NCBI GenBank assembly: GCA_037189525.1
Contig: JBBCJC010000003.1
Span: 576,001-640,000, forward strand
Direction of reading: 5' to 3'
Source of the DNA: Gemmatimonadales bacterium
GTDB lineage: Bacteria > Gemmatimonadota > Gemmatimonadetes > Gemmatimonadales > GWC2-71-9
Length of the DNA: 64,000 nt
A program made the translations under genes and the position numbers. Every line of letters begins with the position of its first letter. Within the stretch, counting starts at the first letter, position 1. Below the pieces are notes generated by a model, which saw only the letters and a program-made list of their open reading frames with translations, searched no databases and was not told the origin of the DNA. Below, piece after piece: positions 29,615 to 40,963 of the stretch.

Positions 29615-31378
29615 ATGACTCGTTCGTATCGGCACGTCTGTGCCGGGTTGGCGACCTTGGGGCTCCTCGCCTGTGGCGGCGGTACCGGCCCGGTCACACC
29701 GCCGCCGCCTCCACCACCTCCCCCGCCACCGCCTGCTGCCGTGGCCTCGGTCGAAATCACGGGGAACTCGACTACGCCGCTGGCCGGTGGTCAGACCCGA
29801 GCCTTGTCGGCAACCCTGCGCGATGCCGGCGGCACCGTCCTGACCGGCCGAACGGTGACCTGGAGCACCAGCAGTGAAGCGATCGCAACGGTGTCTACCG
29901 CGGGTCTGGTCACGGCCACGGGGGCCGGTACTGCCACGATTACGGCCGCCTCCGAGGGCCGGAATGGTACGGCGCAGGTGATCGTCGAGCTTGTACCGGC
30001 CGCGATCCAGCTGACGTATGGCAGTTCGTACCTGCTGCTCCAGGACACGCTGCATCTCGCCGCGCGCGTGGTGGATAACGGCGGCCGGGTCGTGCCGGGC
30101 ACGACGGTCACCTTCACGACCGGGAATTCGAGCGTGGCGAGCGTCTCGTCCACCGGGATCGTCACGGCCGACGCGCCGGGTCAGGTCGAGATCACGGCCG
30201 CAGCCGGAACGCTCACCCGAACCGCCGCGCTCACCGTCACGGCGGGCGGCGGAACCCGAGTGGGGAGTCTGGCGGCAATCGACAGCCTCGTGATCAGCGA
30301 GTTGGTCCGCACCAATATTCCGGCCGTCTCGGTCGCCATCGCGCGCAACGGTGAATTGGTCTTTGCCCGTGCCTACGGCTATGCCGACACGACGACCAAA
30401 CGGATCGCGCTGCCCGAGCAGATGTACCGGGTCGGCAGCACCTCGAAGCCGCTCACGGCCGTGGCAGCGATGCGTCTGGTACAAGAAGGAAAGCTTTCCC
30501 TCGACGATAAGCCGTTTGTGATGCTCCAGGCCGAGATTCCACTGCTTGCCGGGCAGACCGAGGATCCGCGGCTGGCGGATGTCACGCTGCGCGACCTGCT
30601 CCAGCATTCGGGCGGCTGGCACGTCGACCGCAGCATCGACGATATCATCTGGCGCGCGGTCTGGCAGGACGCGGTGATCGACCCGGCGCAGTTCTCGCGC
30701 TATGGCCGTGGCGTCGCGCTGACGACGACACCAGGTACGGCATACGCCTACACCAACTACGGATATCAGATTCTCGGCCGGCTGATCGAGAAGGCTTCCG
30801 GCCAGCCGTACGAGACGTACGTGAAGGACGCGATCCTCACCCCGGCCGGCGTGACCACGATGCGGCTCGGCCGAACTCCGCTCGCGATGCGCGATCCGCT
30901 CGAGGTCACCTGCTATACGACGTCTCCGGTCGTCACCGGATTGTACGGCACCGGGCCGTGGTGCGACGTGGTACCGGCGCAGGAGTACGCCGAAGCCTCC
31001 GGTTCCTGGGTCGCGTCGGCCACGGACATGGTTCGCTGGATGTCGGTCGTCGACGGATTCCCGGGATCCCGCGCCGACCTCCTGACCACCGCGACGATCA
31101 CGGCCATGACGGCGCGACCGACCGCCGTCTGGCCGGGAACCGGCACCTATTACGCACTTGGCTGGCAGGTGGCGACGGATGGCGCGGGATTGCGATGGTT
31201 CCATTCGGGCGCCCAGTCGGGCGGCGACGGGTTCGTGCTTCGGTTGCCTAACGGCGTGCTGATGTCCATTCTGGTGAATCGCGACCGTCCGCTGAGCGTC
31301 GTAGCCGACCAGGTCGACCAGAAGCTGGTCCCGCTGGTTCGCGCCATCACGACCTGGCCGGGCGGAACGGCGTTCTGA
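29615..31378 (+). CDS. Lipoprotein with Ig-like (Big_2) domains and a beta-lactamase-family serine hydrolase domain
   Basis: LLAC lipobox, poly-Pro linker, two V-S-x-x-G-x-V-T-A Ig-like repeats, STSK, YTN and HSG motifs; AAGGAG SD. Confidence 0.85.
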   Translation: MTRSYRHVCAGLATLGLLACGGGTGPVTPPPPPPPPPPPPAAVASVEITGNSTTPLAGGQTRALSATLRDAGGTVLTGRTVTWSTSSEAIATVSTAGLVTATGAGTATITAASEGRNGTAQVIVELVPAAIQLTYGSSYLLLQDTLHLAARVVDNGGRVVPGTTVTFTTGNSSVASVSSTGIVTADAPGQVEITAAAGTLTRTAALTVTAGGGTRVGSLAAIDSLVISELVRTNIPAVSVAIARNGELVFARAYGYADTTTKRIALPEQMYRVGSTSKPLTAVAAMRLVQEGKLSLDDKPFVMLQAEIPLLAGQTEDPRLADVTLRDLLQHSGGWHVDRSIDDIIWRAVWQDAVIDPAQFSRYGRGVALTTTPGTAYAYTNYGYQILGRLIEKASGQPYETYVKDAILTPAGVTTMRLGRTPLAMRDPLEVTCYTTSPVVTGLYGTGPWCDVVPAQEYAEASGSWVASATDMVRWMSVVDGFPGSRADLLTTATITAMTARPTAVWPGTGTYYALGWQVATDGAGLRWFHSGAQSGGDGFVLRLPNGVLMSILVNRDRPLSVVADQVDQKLVPLVRAITTWPGGTAF

Positions 31379-31381
31379 TCT

Positions 31382-32296
31382 ATGCGACAGACCGTACTGG
31401 AGACCACGGAACCGTCGCTCACCTGGATCGACGTGATTGCCCCGGACCGGGCCGAACTCACCGAGCTGGCCCGGGAGTTCGGTTTCCACTCCATGTCGGT
31501 GGAGGATTGCCTCGATCCCTGGCACCTGCCCAAGGTCGAGCGGATGGGCGACACCACGTTTCTCATCCTGCGGGTCTTCGACTCCAACAGCCCACCAACC
31601 GGCGGGACCATCCAGGACATCACCCGGAAGATCGCCATCTACTATCGGGCGGGTCTGGTCATCACGATCCACCGGGTCGACCTGCCGGCCGTCCATGCGG
31701 CGCGCGATCAGTTTTCGCATTGGTCGGGCGCCGGGACGCTGCACGAGACCCGGATCCTCGGGTTCATCATCAATGCCGCGCTCGATTCCTTCGAGGCCCC
31801 GCTCGACGTCGCCGAACGGACGGTGGATTCGTGCGAGGATGCCCTGATGAACCAGCACATGCCGACGCCCGATCTGCAGACGGTCCATGAGGTCAAACGG
31901 CGGGTTGGGCTGATCAAGCGGCTGCTCTGGCAGACCAACTCGGTCATCCAGCGTCTGGTACCGGTGCAGGAGCGGAGCGGGGCAGTGTTTCAGGACGTCA
32001 AGGAAAGCGCCGAGGGCTACTTCTTCTACGCCGAGCAGCTGCTGGATTCGGTCAACAACCTGCAGAGTCTCCACGTGTCGCTGGCGTCGCAGCGCGCCGG
32101 CGAGGTGATGCGGGTCCTCACCGTCTTCTCGGCGTTTTTCCTTCCCCTGACGTTCATCGTGGGGATCTACGGGATGAACTTTCACTGGATGCCGGAGCTC
32201 CAGCATCGGTGGGGGTACCCCGGGGTGCTGATCCTGATGGCCGGAGTCTGTGTTGCGATCGCGCTCTGGTTCCGGCGCCGGGGGTGGCTCGGATAG
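31382..32296 (+). CDS. CorA family divalent cation transporter
   Basis: YGMNF and MPEL signature flanked by two C-terminal TM helices. Confidence 0.92.
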   Translation: MRQTVLETTEPSLTWIDVIAPDRAELTELAREFGFHSMSVEDCLDPWHLPKVERMGDTTFLILRVFDSNSPPTGGTIQDITRKIAIYYRAGLVITIHRVDLPAVHAARDQFSHWSGAGTLHETRILGFIINAALDSFEAPLDVAERTVDSCEDALMNQHMPTPDLQTVHEVKRRVGLIKRLLWQTNSVIQRLVPVQERSGAVFQDVKESAEGYFFYAEQLLDSVNNLQSLHVSLASQRAGEVMRVLTVFSAFFLPLTFIVGIYGMNFHWMPELQHRWGYPGVLILMAGVCVAIALWFRRRGWLG

Positions 32297-32397
32297 CCGT
32301 TCCTGGTTCACATGCCACATGAAGTGAGCCGCGTAAGTTATTGTAGTGTTTGTGCTTGTTGTGTATCTGTTGACGGGATCGTTGCCTTTTGGTGAAT

Positions 32398-32406
32398 TGT
32401 TATTAT
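32398..32406 (+). promoter_or_regulatory. Extended -10 promoter of ssrA
   Basis: TGnTATTAT in an AT-rich stretch about 22 nt upstream of the mature tmRNA 5' end. Confidence 0.45.
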
Positions 32407-32428
32407 CGTTGATCTGTTGGGCCCTTTC

Positions 32429-32791
32429 GGGGGCGACTGGTTTCGACGGGTTAGTTGAAGGTGGAGACGCGTGTCCAGGTTCCAAGCACCTGGTAAAACC
32501 CTTGGAAAACATTATCTGCCAACACTGAATTGGCGATGGCTGCCTAAGCTGAGCTAAGCTCGCTTACGCACCACCGGAGAAAGGAGCCCTGCCTGGGGCG
32601 CCCCAACCCGGACCGAAAATCCAGGCTGGCCCGTAGCGACGCTCTCGCGATGCGGGTGAGATTCAGGAGAGCTCGGGTCGACGTAGGCTGGCCGGTAGCC
32701 GGCGTCGGGCTAGGGTAAGAAGATCGGCCTACACACGTAGTGGCTCTGCTGGAAGCTGATTCGGACCAGGGTTCGATTCCCTGCGCCTCCA
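32429..32791 (+). ncRNA. ssrA: Transfer-messenger RNA (tmRNA), one-piece; tag ANTELAMAA* at 32518-32547
   Basis: Acceptor stem GGGGGCG / CGCCTCC-A with G3-U; ACTGGTTTCGAC 5' motif; T-arm CAGGGTTCGATTCCCTG; pseudoknot CCAGGT/ACCTGG and TCCAAG/CTTGGA; CCA not encoded. Confidence 0.96.
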
Positions 32792-32792
32792 T

Positions 32793-32837
32793 GACCAAGC
32801 GGTCGGCCGTGAATACGGCTGGCCGCTTGGGTCGTTT
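32793..32837 (+). terminator. Terminator hairpin after ssrA
   Basis: GACCAAGCGGTCGGCCGT-GAAT-ACGGCTGGCCGCTTGGGTC-GTTT. Confidence 0.7.
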
Positions 32838-32998
32838 GAGCAGGAACGTTTAAGCAAGAAACTGGGGTCCGGCAGCAGACGGCGCCGAGGTCTCGGTTCG
32901 TATTTGGGGGAAGATCGGAGAACGCGGTCCGCGCGCCCTTTGCTCAACCGCGCCTGGCTTCGCCAGGGCGGCTAGCCGGAATCAGGTCCAGGGCCCGA

Positions 32999-34129
32999 TC
33001 AGGCGCTCTGGAGGCGCCGAAAGGCCTCTTCGGCCAGGGCTAGTGCGGCTGCGGGAGTGGGGGCCACGCAGTTGAGGTGACCCATCTTCCGGCCCGGTCG
33101 AGGGGTCTTCTTGCCGTAGAGATGCAGGGTCACACCCGGCAACGCCAGGGCGCGATGCCAGAGCGGCGGACCATCGGACCAGAGGTCGCCAAGCAGATTG
33201 ATCATGGCGACCGGTGTGAGCAGTCGCGGGTCGCCCAAGGGCAGCCCGGCCAGGCAGCGCACCTGCTGCTCGAATTGGTCGGTGGCACAGGCGTCCATGG
33301 TATAGTGGCCCGAGTTGTGGGGCCGGGGCGCCAACTCGTTGACGAACAGTTGACCGCCCTCCGCTACGAACAGCTCGACGCCCATTACACCGACATATTC
33401 GAGTTCCGTCGCGACCCGGCGGGCGAGTTCGAGCGCCTGTGCCGTGAGCCGAGCGTCGATTGCAGCGGGAACGACCGTGGTGTGGAGGATGCCGTTCCGG
33501 TGCACGTTCTCACCGACCGGGAAGGATGCGACCGTACCATCGGTGCCGCGCGCCAGGACCACCGACACCTCGAGTTCGAGGGAGAGTCGCCGTTCGAGCA
33601 CGCAGGGCACTCGGCCGAACCGTTCGAACGCAGCCGCGGCGTCCTCGAACGAATCGACGACGGCCTGGCCTTTCCCGTCATAGCCCATCCGGCTGGTCTT
33701 GAGCAGGGCCGGCGCGCCAAGCCGTTCCCACGCTCCGGGCAGATCCGCGGCGACTTCGATCGATTCGAACGGGGCGGTCGCAATCCCGTTGGCGCGCAGA
33801 AACGACTTCTCGATCAGCCGATCCTGGCAGATCGCTACCGCCGTTCCGGACGGGCGACACTCGATCTGTTCTGCGAGCCAATCGAGCGTGGTCGCCGGTA
33901 CGTTTTCGAACTCGGTGGTCACGGCGGCGACCGATCGCACCAGCGATTCCAGCGCTTGGAGGTCGTCGTAGGGCGCGGCCAGGTGACGGGTGGCAACCGC
34001 CCCCGCAGGGCTGTCCGGATCGGGCTCGAGCACCACGACCTCGTACCCCATGTCGCGGGCCCGCTGCGTGAACATCCGCCCCAGCTGCCCTCCGCCCAGG
34101 AGGCCGAGGGTACTGCCGGGTGAAATCAT
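32999..34129 (-). CDS. purK: 5-(carboxyamino)imidazole ribonucleotide synthase
   Basis: GGGQLGRM, TEFENVP, GYDGKGQ, NELAPRPHNSGH and RKMGH. Confidence 0.95.
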   Translation of the reverse strand: MISPGSTLGLLGGGQLGRMFTQRARDMGYEVVVLEPDPDSPAGAVATRHLAAPYDDLQALESLVRSVAAVTTEFENVPATTLDWLAEQIECRPSGTAVAICQDRLIEKSFLRANGIATAPFESIEVAADLPGAWERLGAPALLKTSRMGYDGKGQAVVDSFEDAAAAFERFGRVPCVLERRLSLELEVSVVLARGTDGTVASFPVGENVHRNGILHTTVVPAAIDARLTAQALELARRVATELEYVGVMGVELFVAEGGQLFVNELAPRPHNSGHYTMDACATDQFEQQVRCLAGLPLGDPRLLTPVAMINLLGDLWSDGPPLWHRALALPGVTLHLYGKKTPRPGRKMGHLNCVAPTPAAALALAEEAFRRLQSA

Positions 34130-34139
34130 TCGGACAAAA

Positions 34140-34631
34140 TCATTCGGGTGGAAGCGTCGCGGCGAGGACGGTGGCCGTCTGCTTGGCACGGAAGGCCTCG
34201 AGACGCTCTGCCAGTGCCGGATCATGACGGGCCAGGATCGCCACGGCGTAGAGTCCGGCGTTATGGGCGCCGGCTTCGCCGATCGCGAAGGTTGCGACCG
34301 GCACGCCCGCGGGCATCTGGACGATCGAGAGCAGGGAATCGAGTCCCTTGAGGTGCCGGCTCGGTACCGGCACGCCCAGGATGGGAACGGTCGTTTTGGA
34401 GGCGAGCATCCCCGGCAGGTGCGCAGCGCCACCCGCGCCCGCAATGATGCAGGCCAGCCCGCGCGCGGCGGCCGACTCGGCGTACTCGAACAGAAGATCC
34501 GGCGTTCGATGCGCCGAGACGACCCGGGTCTCGTGGGGCACGGCAAACTCGGTCAGCCGCGCCGCGGCGTGCCGCATCACCTCCCAGTCGGAGGTGGAGC
34601 CCATCACGACGCCGACCAGGGGAGCTGTCAT
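34140..34631 (-). CDS. purE: N5-CAIR mutase
   Basis: VMGSTSD, SAHRTP and [12 protein letters not shown]. Confidence 0.96.
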   Translation of the reverse strand: MTAPLVGVVMGSTSDWEVMRHAAARLTEFAVPHETRVVSAHRTPDLLFEYAESAAARGLACIIAGAGGAAHLPGMLASKTTVPILGVPVPSRHLKGLDSLLSIVQMPAGVPVATFAIGEAGAHNAGLYAVAILARHDPALAERLEAFRAKQTATVLAATLPPE

Positions 34632-34632
34632 C

Positions 34633-37296
34633 TCAGAGAGTGCCTCGGGTCCGGTCCATGGTGCCGCGTTCGGCCAGCGCAGCCTGCGCCGCTGCCAGCC
34701 GCGCAATCGGCACGCGATAGGGTGAGCAGGAAACGTAGTTCATTTTCTGCTTCTCGCAGAAAGCGACCGCATTCGGTTCGCCGCCGTGCTCACCGCAGAT
34801 GCCGACTTTGAGATCCTGACGGGTCTTCCGGCCCAGTTCCACGGCCATCGAGAGCAGGCGGCCGACCCCGACGGTGTCGAGTTCCTGGAATGGGTCGAAC
34901 TCGATGATGTTGCGCTCGAGGTATGCCGGCAGGAAGTAGCCCGAGTCGTCGCGCGACAGGCCCCAGGTCGTCTGGGTCAGGTCGTTGGTGCCGAACGAGA
35001 AGAACTGCGCTTCGCGCGCAATCTCGTCGGCGGTCAGCGCGGCGCGGGGCAGCTCGATCATGGTGCCCAGCAAGTAGGGCACCGTGATCTGCCGCTCCCG
35101 GAAGACCTCTTCGGCCACCTGGCGGACAATGAGCGCCTGTTTCCGGAACTCGACCACGTGCGCCACCAGCGGAATCATCACTTCCGGCTGAACCCGGCCT
35201 TTCCGTTCGGCAACCGTGCAGGCCGCTTCGAAGATGGCCCGGGCCTGCATGGCCGTGATTTCGGGGTACATGATGCCCAGCCGGCAGCCGCGCAGGCCGA
35301 GCATCGGGTTGACCTCGTGCATCGAGTCGATGATGCGCTGGACGTCCTTGACCGACTTCCCGATCTCCTTGGCCAGATCGGCCAGTTCGCTCGCGTCGTG
35401 CGGCAGGAACTCGTGGAGCGGCGGGTCGAGCAGCCGGATGGTGACCGGGTAGCCTTCCATGGCGCGGAAGATGCCCTCGAAATCCGCGCGCTGCATCGGC
35501 AGCAGCTTGGCAAGCGCTTTCTTCCGTCCGATCTCGTCCTCGGCGAGGATCATTTCCCGCATGCTCGTCAGGCGGTCGCCTTCGAAGAACATGTGCTCGG
35601 TCCGGCAGAGCCCGATGCCCTCGGCGCCGAAGTCGCGGCCCCGGTGCGTATCGGCCGGGGTGTCGGCATTGACGCGGACGCGCAGGTGCCGCATCCGGTC
35701 GGCCCATACCATCAGCCGGTTGAAATGCTCATCGAGTACCGGCGTGACCAGTTGCGCCTGGCCGGCGTAGACCCGGCCGGTGCTGCCGTCGACGGAGATC
35801 CAGTCGCCCGCCGCAATCGAGCGCCCGTTGACGCGGAACAATGCCTCGGGTTCATCGACATCGATGTCCTGGGCGCCCGCAACGCACGGGGTGCCCATGC
35901 CGCGCGCCACGACGGCCGCGTGCGAGGTCATACCGCCGCGTGCCGTCAGAATCGCCTTGGCGGCGACCATGCCGTGGAAATCCTCCGGACTGGTCTCGCG
36001 CCGGACCAGGATGACCGGGCCCTTCTTGCTCAGCTCGGCCGCGACGTCCGCGTCGAAAACCACGGTGCCGCTTGCTGCGCCTGGAGATGCGGGCAAGCCG
36101 GTGGTGAGCAAGTCCAGCTGGGCAGTCGGATCGATGGTCGGATGCAGCAGCTGGTTCAGGTCGTTGGGAGGAATGCGGGCAACGGCTTCCTCTTCGCTGA
36201 TCGACCCCTCGTCGACCATCTCCACCGCGATCCGGACGGCGGCCTGACCGGATCGCTGGCCGCGCCTGGTCTGCAGCATGTAGAGCCGGCCGCGCTCGAT
36301 GGTGAACTCGAGGTCCTGGACGTCGCGGAAATGACGCTCCAGCGTTCGGGCGACCCGTTCGAGTTCGCCGTACGCGTGCGGCATCTGATCCTTCAGCTCG
36401 GCAATCGGGGCCGGCGTGCGGGCGCCCGAGACGACATCCTCACCCTGCGCATTGAGCAGGAACTCGCCGTAGAGCGTATGCTCACCAGTCGAAGGATTGC
36501 GGGTAAAGGCTACCCCGGTGCCGGAGTCTTCGCCCATGTTGCCGAAAACCATCGCGACCACGTTGACCGCCGTGCCCATGCTGTCCGGGATGTCGTGCAG
36601 CTTCCGGTAGTCGATGGCGCGTCGGGTATTCCAGCTTTCGAAGACGGCCTCGATGGCGCCCCAGAGCTGATCAACCGGTTCCTCGGGAAATGGCTTATTG
36701 GTTTCGCGCTCGATCAGCTCTTTGAACTCGACCACCGTGGCGCGCAGTTCGTCGATCGGCATGTCGATGTCGCGGGCCACGCCGAGCCGGTGCTTGCGCG
36801 CTTCGAGGCGCTCCTCGAAGAGCTTCTTGGGCAGGTCGAAGACGACCGCGCCGAACATCTGGACGAACCGCCGGTAGGAATCCCAGGCAAAGTGGGGGTT
36901 GCCGCTCAACCGCTCGAGCCCGGCGACCGTGGTGTCGTTGAGGCCCAGGTTGAGGATGGTTTCCATCATGCCCGGCATCGACAGGGCAGCCCCCGACCGG
37001 ACCGAGACCAGGAGGGGATTGTCCACCCCCCCGAACTGCTTGCCGGTGGCGGCCTCCAACCGTTGCAGCCCTGCCTCAACCTGGGTGCGGAGCCGCGGCG
37101 GGAACTGCCGCATGCCGAGGTAGGTGCCGCAGACGGTCGAGGCGATCGTAAACCCCGGCGGGACCGGGATGCCCAGGTTGGTCATCTCGGCCAGGCCGGC
37201 GCCCTTCCCACCGAGCGTCTCCTTCATGGCCGCTGTGCCGTCCGCGCGGCCCTGCCCGAAGAAGTAGACCAGCGGTTGGGTCAGGTGATCCGTCAT
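34633..37296 (-). CDS. ppdK: Pyruvate, phosphate dikinase
   Basis: [36 protein letters not shown] and [10 protein letters not shown]. Confidence 0.96.
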   Translation of the reverse strand: MTDHLTQPLVYFFGQGRADGTAAMKETLGGKGAGLAEMTNLGIPVPPGFTIASTVCGTYLGMRQFPPRLRTQVEAGLQRLEAATGKQFGGVDNPLLVSVRSGAALSMPGMMETILNLGLNDTTVAGLERLSGNPHFAWDSYRRFVQMFGAVVFDLPKKLFEERLEARKHRLGVARDIDMPIDELRATVVEFKELIERETNKPFPEEPVDQLWGAIEAVFESWNTRRAIDYRKLHDIPDSMGTAVNVVAMVFGNMGEDSGTGVAFTRNPSTGEHTLYGEFLLNAQGEDVVSGARTPAPIAELKDQMPHAYGELERVARTLERHFRDVQDLEFTIERGRLYMLQTRRGQRSGQAAVRIAVEMVDEGSISEEEAVARIPPNDLNQLLHPTIDPTAQLDLLTTGLPASPGAASGTVVFDADVAAELSKKGPVILVRRETSPEDFHGMVAAKAILTARGGMTSHAAVVARGMGTPCVAGAQDIDVDEPEALFRVNGRSIAAGDWISVDGSTGRVYAGQAQLVTPVLDEHFNRLMVWADRMRHLRVRVNADTPADTHRGRDFGAEGIGLCRTEHMFFEGDRLTSMREMILAEDEIGRKKALAKLLPMQRADFEGIFRAMEGYPVTIRLLDPPLHEFLPHDASELADLAKEIGKSVKDVQRIIDSMHEVNPMLGLRGCRLGIMYPEITAMQARAIFEAACTVAERKGRVQPEVMIPLVAHVVEFRKQALIVRQVAEEVFRERQITVPYLLGTMIELPRAALTADEIAREAQFFSFGTNDLTQTTWGLSRDDSGYFLPAYLERNIIEFDPFQELDTVGVGRLLSMAVELGRKTRQDLKVGICGEHGGEPNAVAFCEKQKMNYVSCSPYRVPIARLAAAQAALAERGTMDRTRGTL

Positions 37297-38690
37297 GCCG
37301 TGCTCCCAGCGAGGGTTTGGGGTCGCCCGAGCTGCATCAGCTCGTCGGCCACGTCTACCAGGTAGTGGCCCGAAAAGCAGGCGTGGCAAAAGCTGTTCCG
37401 CGCCCCGCCGGCCTTGATCATCCCGTCCAGGGAGAGGTATCCCAGGGAGTCGACCCCGAGGTAATCCCGAATCTCGGCCAGGGAATGGTTGGCGGCGATC
37501 AGCTCCGCCCGGTTCGGCGTGTCGATCCCGTAATGGCACGGCCCGGTAATGGGCGGCGACCCGAGCCGGAGGTGGACTTCCCGGGCGCCCGCCGCCCGGA
37601 TCATCGATACCAGGCCCTTGCTGGTGGTGCCGCGCACCAGGCTGTCGTCGACCACCACCACCGAGCGGCCTTCGATGACGTGGCGTACCGGGTTGAACTT
37701 GATCTTGACCTTGGCCACCCGGAGGGCCTGGGTCGGGTTGATGAAGGTCCGGCCGATGTAATGGTTCCGGATCAGCCCGTGCTCAAGCTTGAGCCCTGAT
37801 TGGTCCGCATAGCCCAGCGCCATCATGTTGGCACTGTCGGGTACACTGAAGACGACGTCGGCATCGGGCACCGGATGCTCGATGGCCAGCTGGCGGCCGA
37901 TTTCTCGGCGGACCCGGTCGACCGACTCGCCGAAGACGGTGCTGTCCGGCCGGGCAAAGTAGACCAGTTCGAAGACGCATCGCTGCGCAATCGGTGCTCG
38001 GCCGATCGGCGCGAGATCGCGCACCATGCCGTCGTCGATTTCGACGAAATCGCCGGGTGTGAGTTCACGCTCCAGGGTCGCGCCGACCAGATCGAGTGCG
38101 CAGGTTTCGGAAGCCGCGACGACGCCCTGGCCCAGCCGGCCGAGCACCAGCGGCCGAAATCCGTGGGGATCGACGGCGCAGTACAGGGTGCGCCCGACGG
38201 CGATGACCAGACTGAACGCCCCTTCGACTCGGGACAGCGCTTCGCGGATCCGGCCTTCGACCGTCGGAGCGCGCGAGCGGGCGATCAGGTGGACGATGAC
38301 TTCGGAATCCGATGACGTCTGGAAGATGGCGCCCTGGGCCACCAGTTCCTGCTTGATCGTCATCGCGTTGGTGAGGTTGCCATTGTGCGCCAGCGCGAGC
38401 GGCCCGCCCTGGATATCGGCCAGGCAGGGCTGCGCATTGGCCAGGACCGACGAGCCGGCCGTGGAGTAACGGGTGTGCCCGACGGCCACCGATCCGTCGA
38501 GCGACCGGAAGTCGCCCTCACGGAAGATGTCGCCGACCAGGCCCATTCCGCGGACCGCGTGCGGGGTGCCGTCGTCGTCCACGGTGACGATCCCGGCGCT
38601 CTCCTGCCCGCGGTGCTGGAGGGCATAGAGGCCGAGATACGCTGCCCGAGACGCATCAGGCAGGTTGGAGACACCGATCACACCGCACAT
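37293..38690 (-). CDS. purF: Amidophosphoribosyltransferase
   Basis: N-terminal MCG, LQHRGQE, GHTRYST and VDDSLVRGTT. Confidence 0.96.
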   Translation of the reverse strand: MCGVIGVSNLPDASRAAYLGLYALQHRGQESAGIVTVDDDGTPHAVRGMGLVGDIFREGDFRSLDGSVAVGHTRYSTAGSSVLANAQPCLADIQGGPLALAHNGNLTNAMTIKQELVAQGAIFQTSSDSEVIVHLIARSRAPTVEGRIREALSRVEGAFSLVIAVGRTLYCAVDPHGFRPLVLGRLGQGVVAASETCALDLVGATLERELTPGDFVEIDDGMVRDLAPIGRAPIAQRCVFELVYFARPDSTVFGESVDRVRREIGRQLAIEHPVPDADVVFSVPDSANMMALGYADQSGLKLEHGLIRNHYIGRTFINPTQALRVAKVKIKFNPVRHVIEGRSVVVVDDSLVRGTTSKGLVSMIRAAGAREVHLRLGSPPITGPCHYGIDTPNRAELIAANHSLAEIRDYLGVDSLGYLSLDGMIKAGGARNSFCHACFSGHYLVDVADELMQLGRPQTLAGSTA

Positions 38691-38693
38691 GGT

Positions 38694-40961
38694 TCAGGCC
38701 GCCATTCGTCGAGGAATTGCATCAAAGTAGGTCCGCCGCAGTTCGACCGTCTGCCAGGTGTGCAGCGCGGTCCCGACCGTAATGCGGAGTTCGGCATTGG
38801 GGTCGGTGACCGTACCGGCCACGGTGAAGGGCACGCCATGCGCAGCTGCCAGGTCGCGCACGGCCTCCACACTGGCCGGGTCGAACGATACCACGGCCCG
38901 GGCGCCGTCTTCTCCGTAGAAGAACGCTGCCGGGTCCATGCCATCCGGGACGGCAAACTGGACGCCGGCACCGAGGGTGTGGCGGGCGTAGGGGTCGCCG
39001 ATGCACGCTTCGGCCAGGGCGACGGCCAGGCCGCCATCCGACAAGTCATGCGCCGAGCGGAGCAGGCCCTGCTGGGCCGCGGCGACCAGGAAGCGCTGCA
39101 GTCGGACTTCCGCGTCCAGATTGCAGGGCGGCGGCGGTCCTCCCAGGAAATCGCGGACGATCCACCAGTACATCGATCCGCCGAGATGCCCGGTGGTGTC
39201 GCCGAGCAGCGCGATCAGGTCGCCGGGGTTTCGGAAGCTGCTCGGGACCCGGTTGGTGACATCCTCGAGCAGGCCGACCATGCCCACGGTCGGGGTCGGG
39301 TCGATCGCGCCGGTCGGATTCTCGTTGTAGAGCGAGACGTTGCCGCCGGTGACCGGAGTTCCGAATGCCAAGCAGGCGTCGCCCATGCCGCGGACGGCTT
39401 CGCGAAACTGGAAGAACACCTCCGGCTTGTCGGGGTTGCCGAAGTTGAGGCAGTTGGTGATCCCGAGCGGTACGGCGCCGGTGCAGGCGACATTTCGGGC
39501 CGCCTCCGCCACCGTCATCTTGCCGCCTTCGTACGGATCGAGCACCACATAGCGGTTGGGGCAGTCGACCGAGACCGCCAGGCCGAACTTGGCGTCCTCG
39601 ACCATCAGGACGCCGGCATCGCCGCCCGGGCCGAGCACGGTGTTGGCCTGGACCGTCGAGTCGTACTGTTCGTAGACCCAGCGCTTGCTGGCGATGGTCG
39701 GATCGTCGAGCAGGCGGGGCAGGGCGTCGGTCGCATCGACCACCGGCGCTGCCGTCGGCGTGGCTGCGCGCCGAGCGATGGCCTCGGGAGCCTCCAGGGC
39801 CTCGGGATGGTAGATCGGAACGCCGTTGACGAGGCGTTCACCCGGAATCGCAGCGACCGTAACACCGTCGTGCACCACGCGGAACAGACCGTCATCGGTG
39901 ACCTGGCCGATCGGGGTCCCGACCAGCTCCCACTTGGCGCAGATGGCCTGCACCTCGGCCACCCGGTGCGGCTCGACCACTACGAGCATCCGTTCCTGCG
40001 ATTCGGAGAGCAGGATTTCGTAGGGCGTCATCCCGGGTTCACGGAGCGGAACCTTGCTGGTGTCGAGTTCGACCCCGACTCCGCCGCGCGCCGCCATTTC
40101 GGCCGATGAACTGGTCAGGCCGGCCGCGCCCATGTCTTGAATCGCGACGATGGTGCCCGAGGTGATCAGTTCGAGGCTGGCTTCGAGGAGCAGCTTCTCG
40201 GTGAAGGGGTCACCCACCTGAACCTGAGGACGACGCGCTTCGCTGGCTGCGGAGAGATCCTCCGATGCGAAGCTGGCGCCGTGGATGCCGTCGCGTCCGG
40301 TCCGGGCGCCGACATTCATCAGGATGTTGCCGACACCATGCGCTCGCGCCCGAATCAGGTCTTTGGCCCGGAGAATGCCGACGCACATGGCATTGACCAG
40401 CGGGTTCCCGGCGTAGCCCGGCGCGAAGGTGACTTCGCCGCCCAGCGTCGGGACGCCGACGCAGTTGCCGTAGTCGCCGACGCCCTTGACCACGCCGCCG
40501 AAGAGGTAGCGGTTCCTCGCGTCGTCGAGCGTCCCGAAGCGGAGGCTGTTGAGCACCGCAATCGGGCGGGCGCCCATGGTAAAGACGTCACGCAGGATGC
40601 CACCTACGCCGGTAGCCGCGCCCTGATACGGTTCGACGGCCGACGGGTGATTGTGCGATTCGATCTTGAAGGCTACGGCCCAGCCGTCGGGCAGTTCCAG
40701 CACGCCGGCATTCTCACCGGGACCCTGGAGGACCTGCGGCCCCTCGGTCGGAAAGGTCTTGAGCACCGGTCGGGTGTGCTTGTAGGAACAATGCTCCGAC
40801 CAGAGCGCGCTGAAGACGCCGAGCTCGGTCAGCGTGGGCGTCCGACCGAGGATATCGAGAATGACCTCGTACTCCTGCTCGGTGAGTTTGTGCTCCCGGA
40901 CCAGGGCGTCGGTGACAGCGGGTTCTCCGGCAAACGGACTGGCGGCAACGGCGCGGGCCAT
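38694..40961 (-). CDS. purL: Phosphoribosylformylglycinamidine synthase subunit PurL
   Basis: [22 protein letters not shown] and SESQERM. Confidence 0.96.
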   Translation of the reverse strand: MARAVAASPFAGEPAVTDALVREHKLTEQEYEVILDILGRTPTLTELGVFSALWSEHCSYKHTRPVLKTFPTEGPQVLQGPGENAGVLELPDGWAVAFKIESHNHPSAVEPYQGAATGVGGILRDVFTMGARPIAVLNSLRFGTLDDARNRYLFGGVVKGVGDYGNCVGVPTLGGEVTFAPGYAGNPLVNAMCVGILRAKDLIRARAHGVGNILMNVGARTGRDGIHGASFASEDLSAASEARRPQVQVGDPFTEKLLLEASLELITSGTIVAIQDMGAAGLTSSSAEMAARGGVGVELDTSKVPLREPGMTPYEILLSESQERMLVVVEPHRVAEVQAICAKWELVGTPIGQVTDDGLFRVVHDGVTVAAIPGERLVNGVPIYHPEALEAPEAIARRAATPTAAPVVDATDALPRLLDDPTIASKRWVYEQYDSTVQANTVLGPGGDAGVLMVEDAKFGLAVSVDCPNRYVVLDPYEGGKMTVAEAARNVACTGAVPLGITNCLNFGNPDKPEVFFQFREAVRGMGDACLAFGTPVTGGNVSLYNENPTGAIDPTPTVGMVGLLEDVTNRVPSSFRNPGDLIALLGDTTGHLGGSMYWWIVRDFLGGPPPPCNLDAEVRLQRFLVAAAQQGLLRSAHDLSDGGLAVALAEACIGDPYARHTLGAGVQFAVPDGMDPAAFFYGEDGARAVVSFDPASVEAVRDLAAAHGVPFTVAGTVTDPNAELRITVGTALHTWQTVELRRTYFDAIPRRMAA

Positions 40962-40963
40962 GG

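Noticed and set aside
28583..32512. 1309-aa minus-strand ORF and similar long antisense ORFs (7930-10080, 20990-23872, 34786-37365, 59849-61999)
   Set aside because: Shadow frames of well-supported genes on the opposite strand. High GC suppresses stop codons and the products have no recognisable motifs.
32346..32528. 60-aa hydrophobic ORF
   Set aside because: Overlaps the ssrA promoter and tmRNA 5' half; its hydrophobicity comes from T-rich promoter DNA.
32791..33000. Genomic island integrated at ssrA
   Set aside because: No integrase or att duplication; purK ends about 200 nt away.
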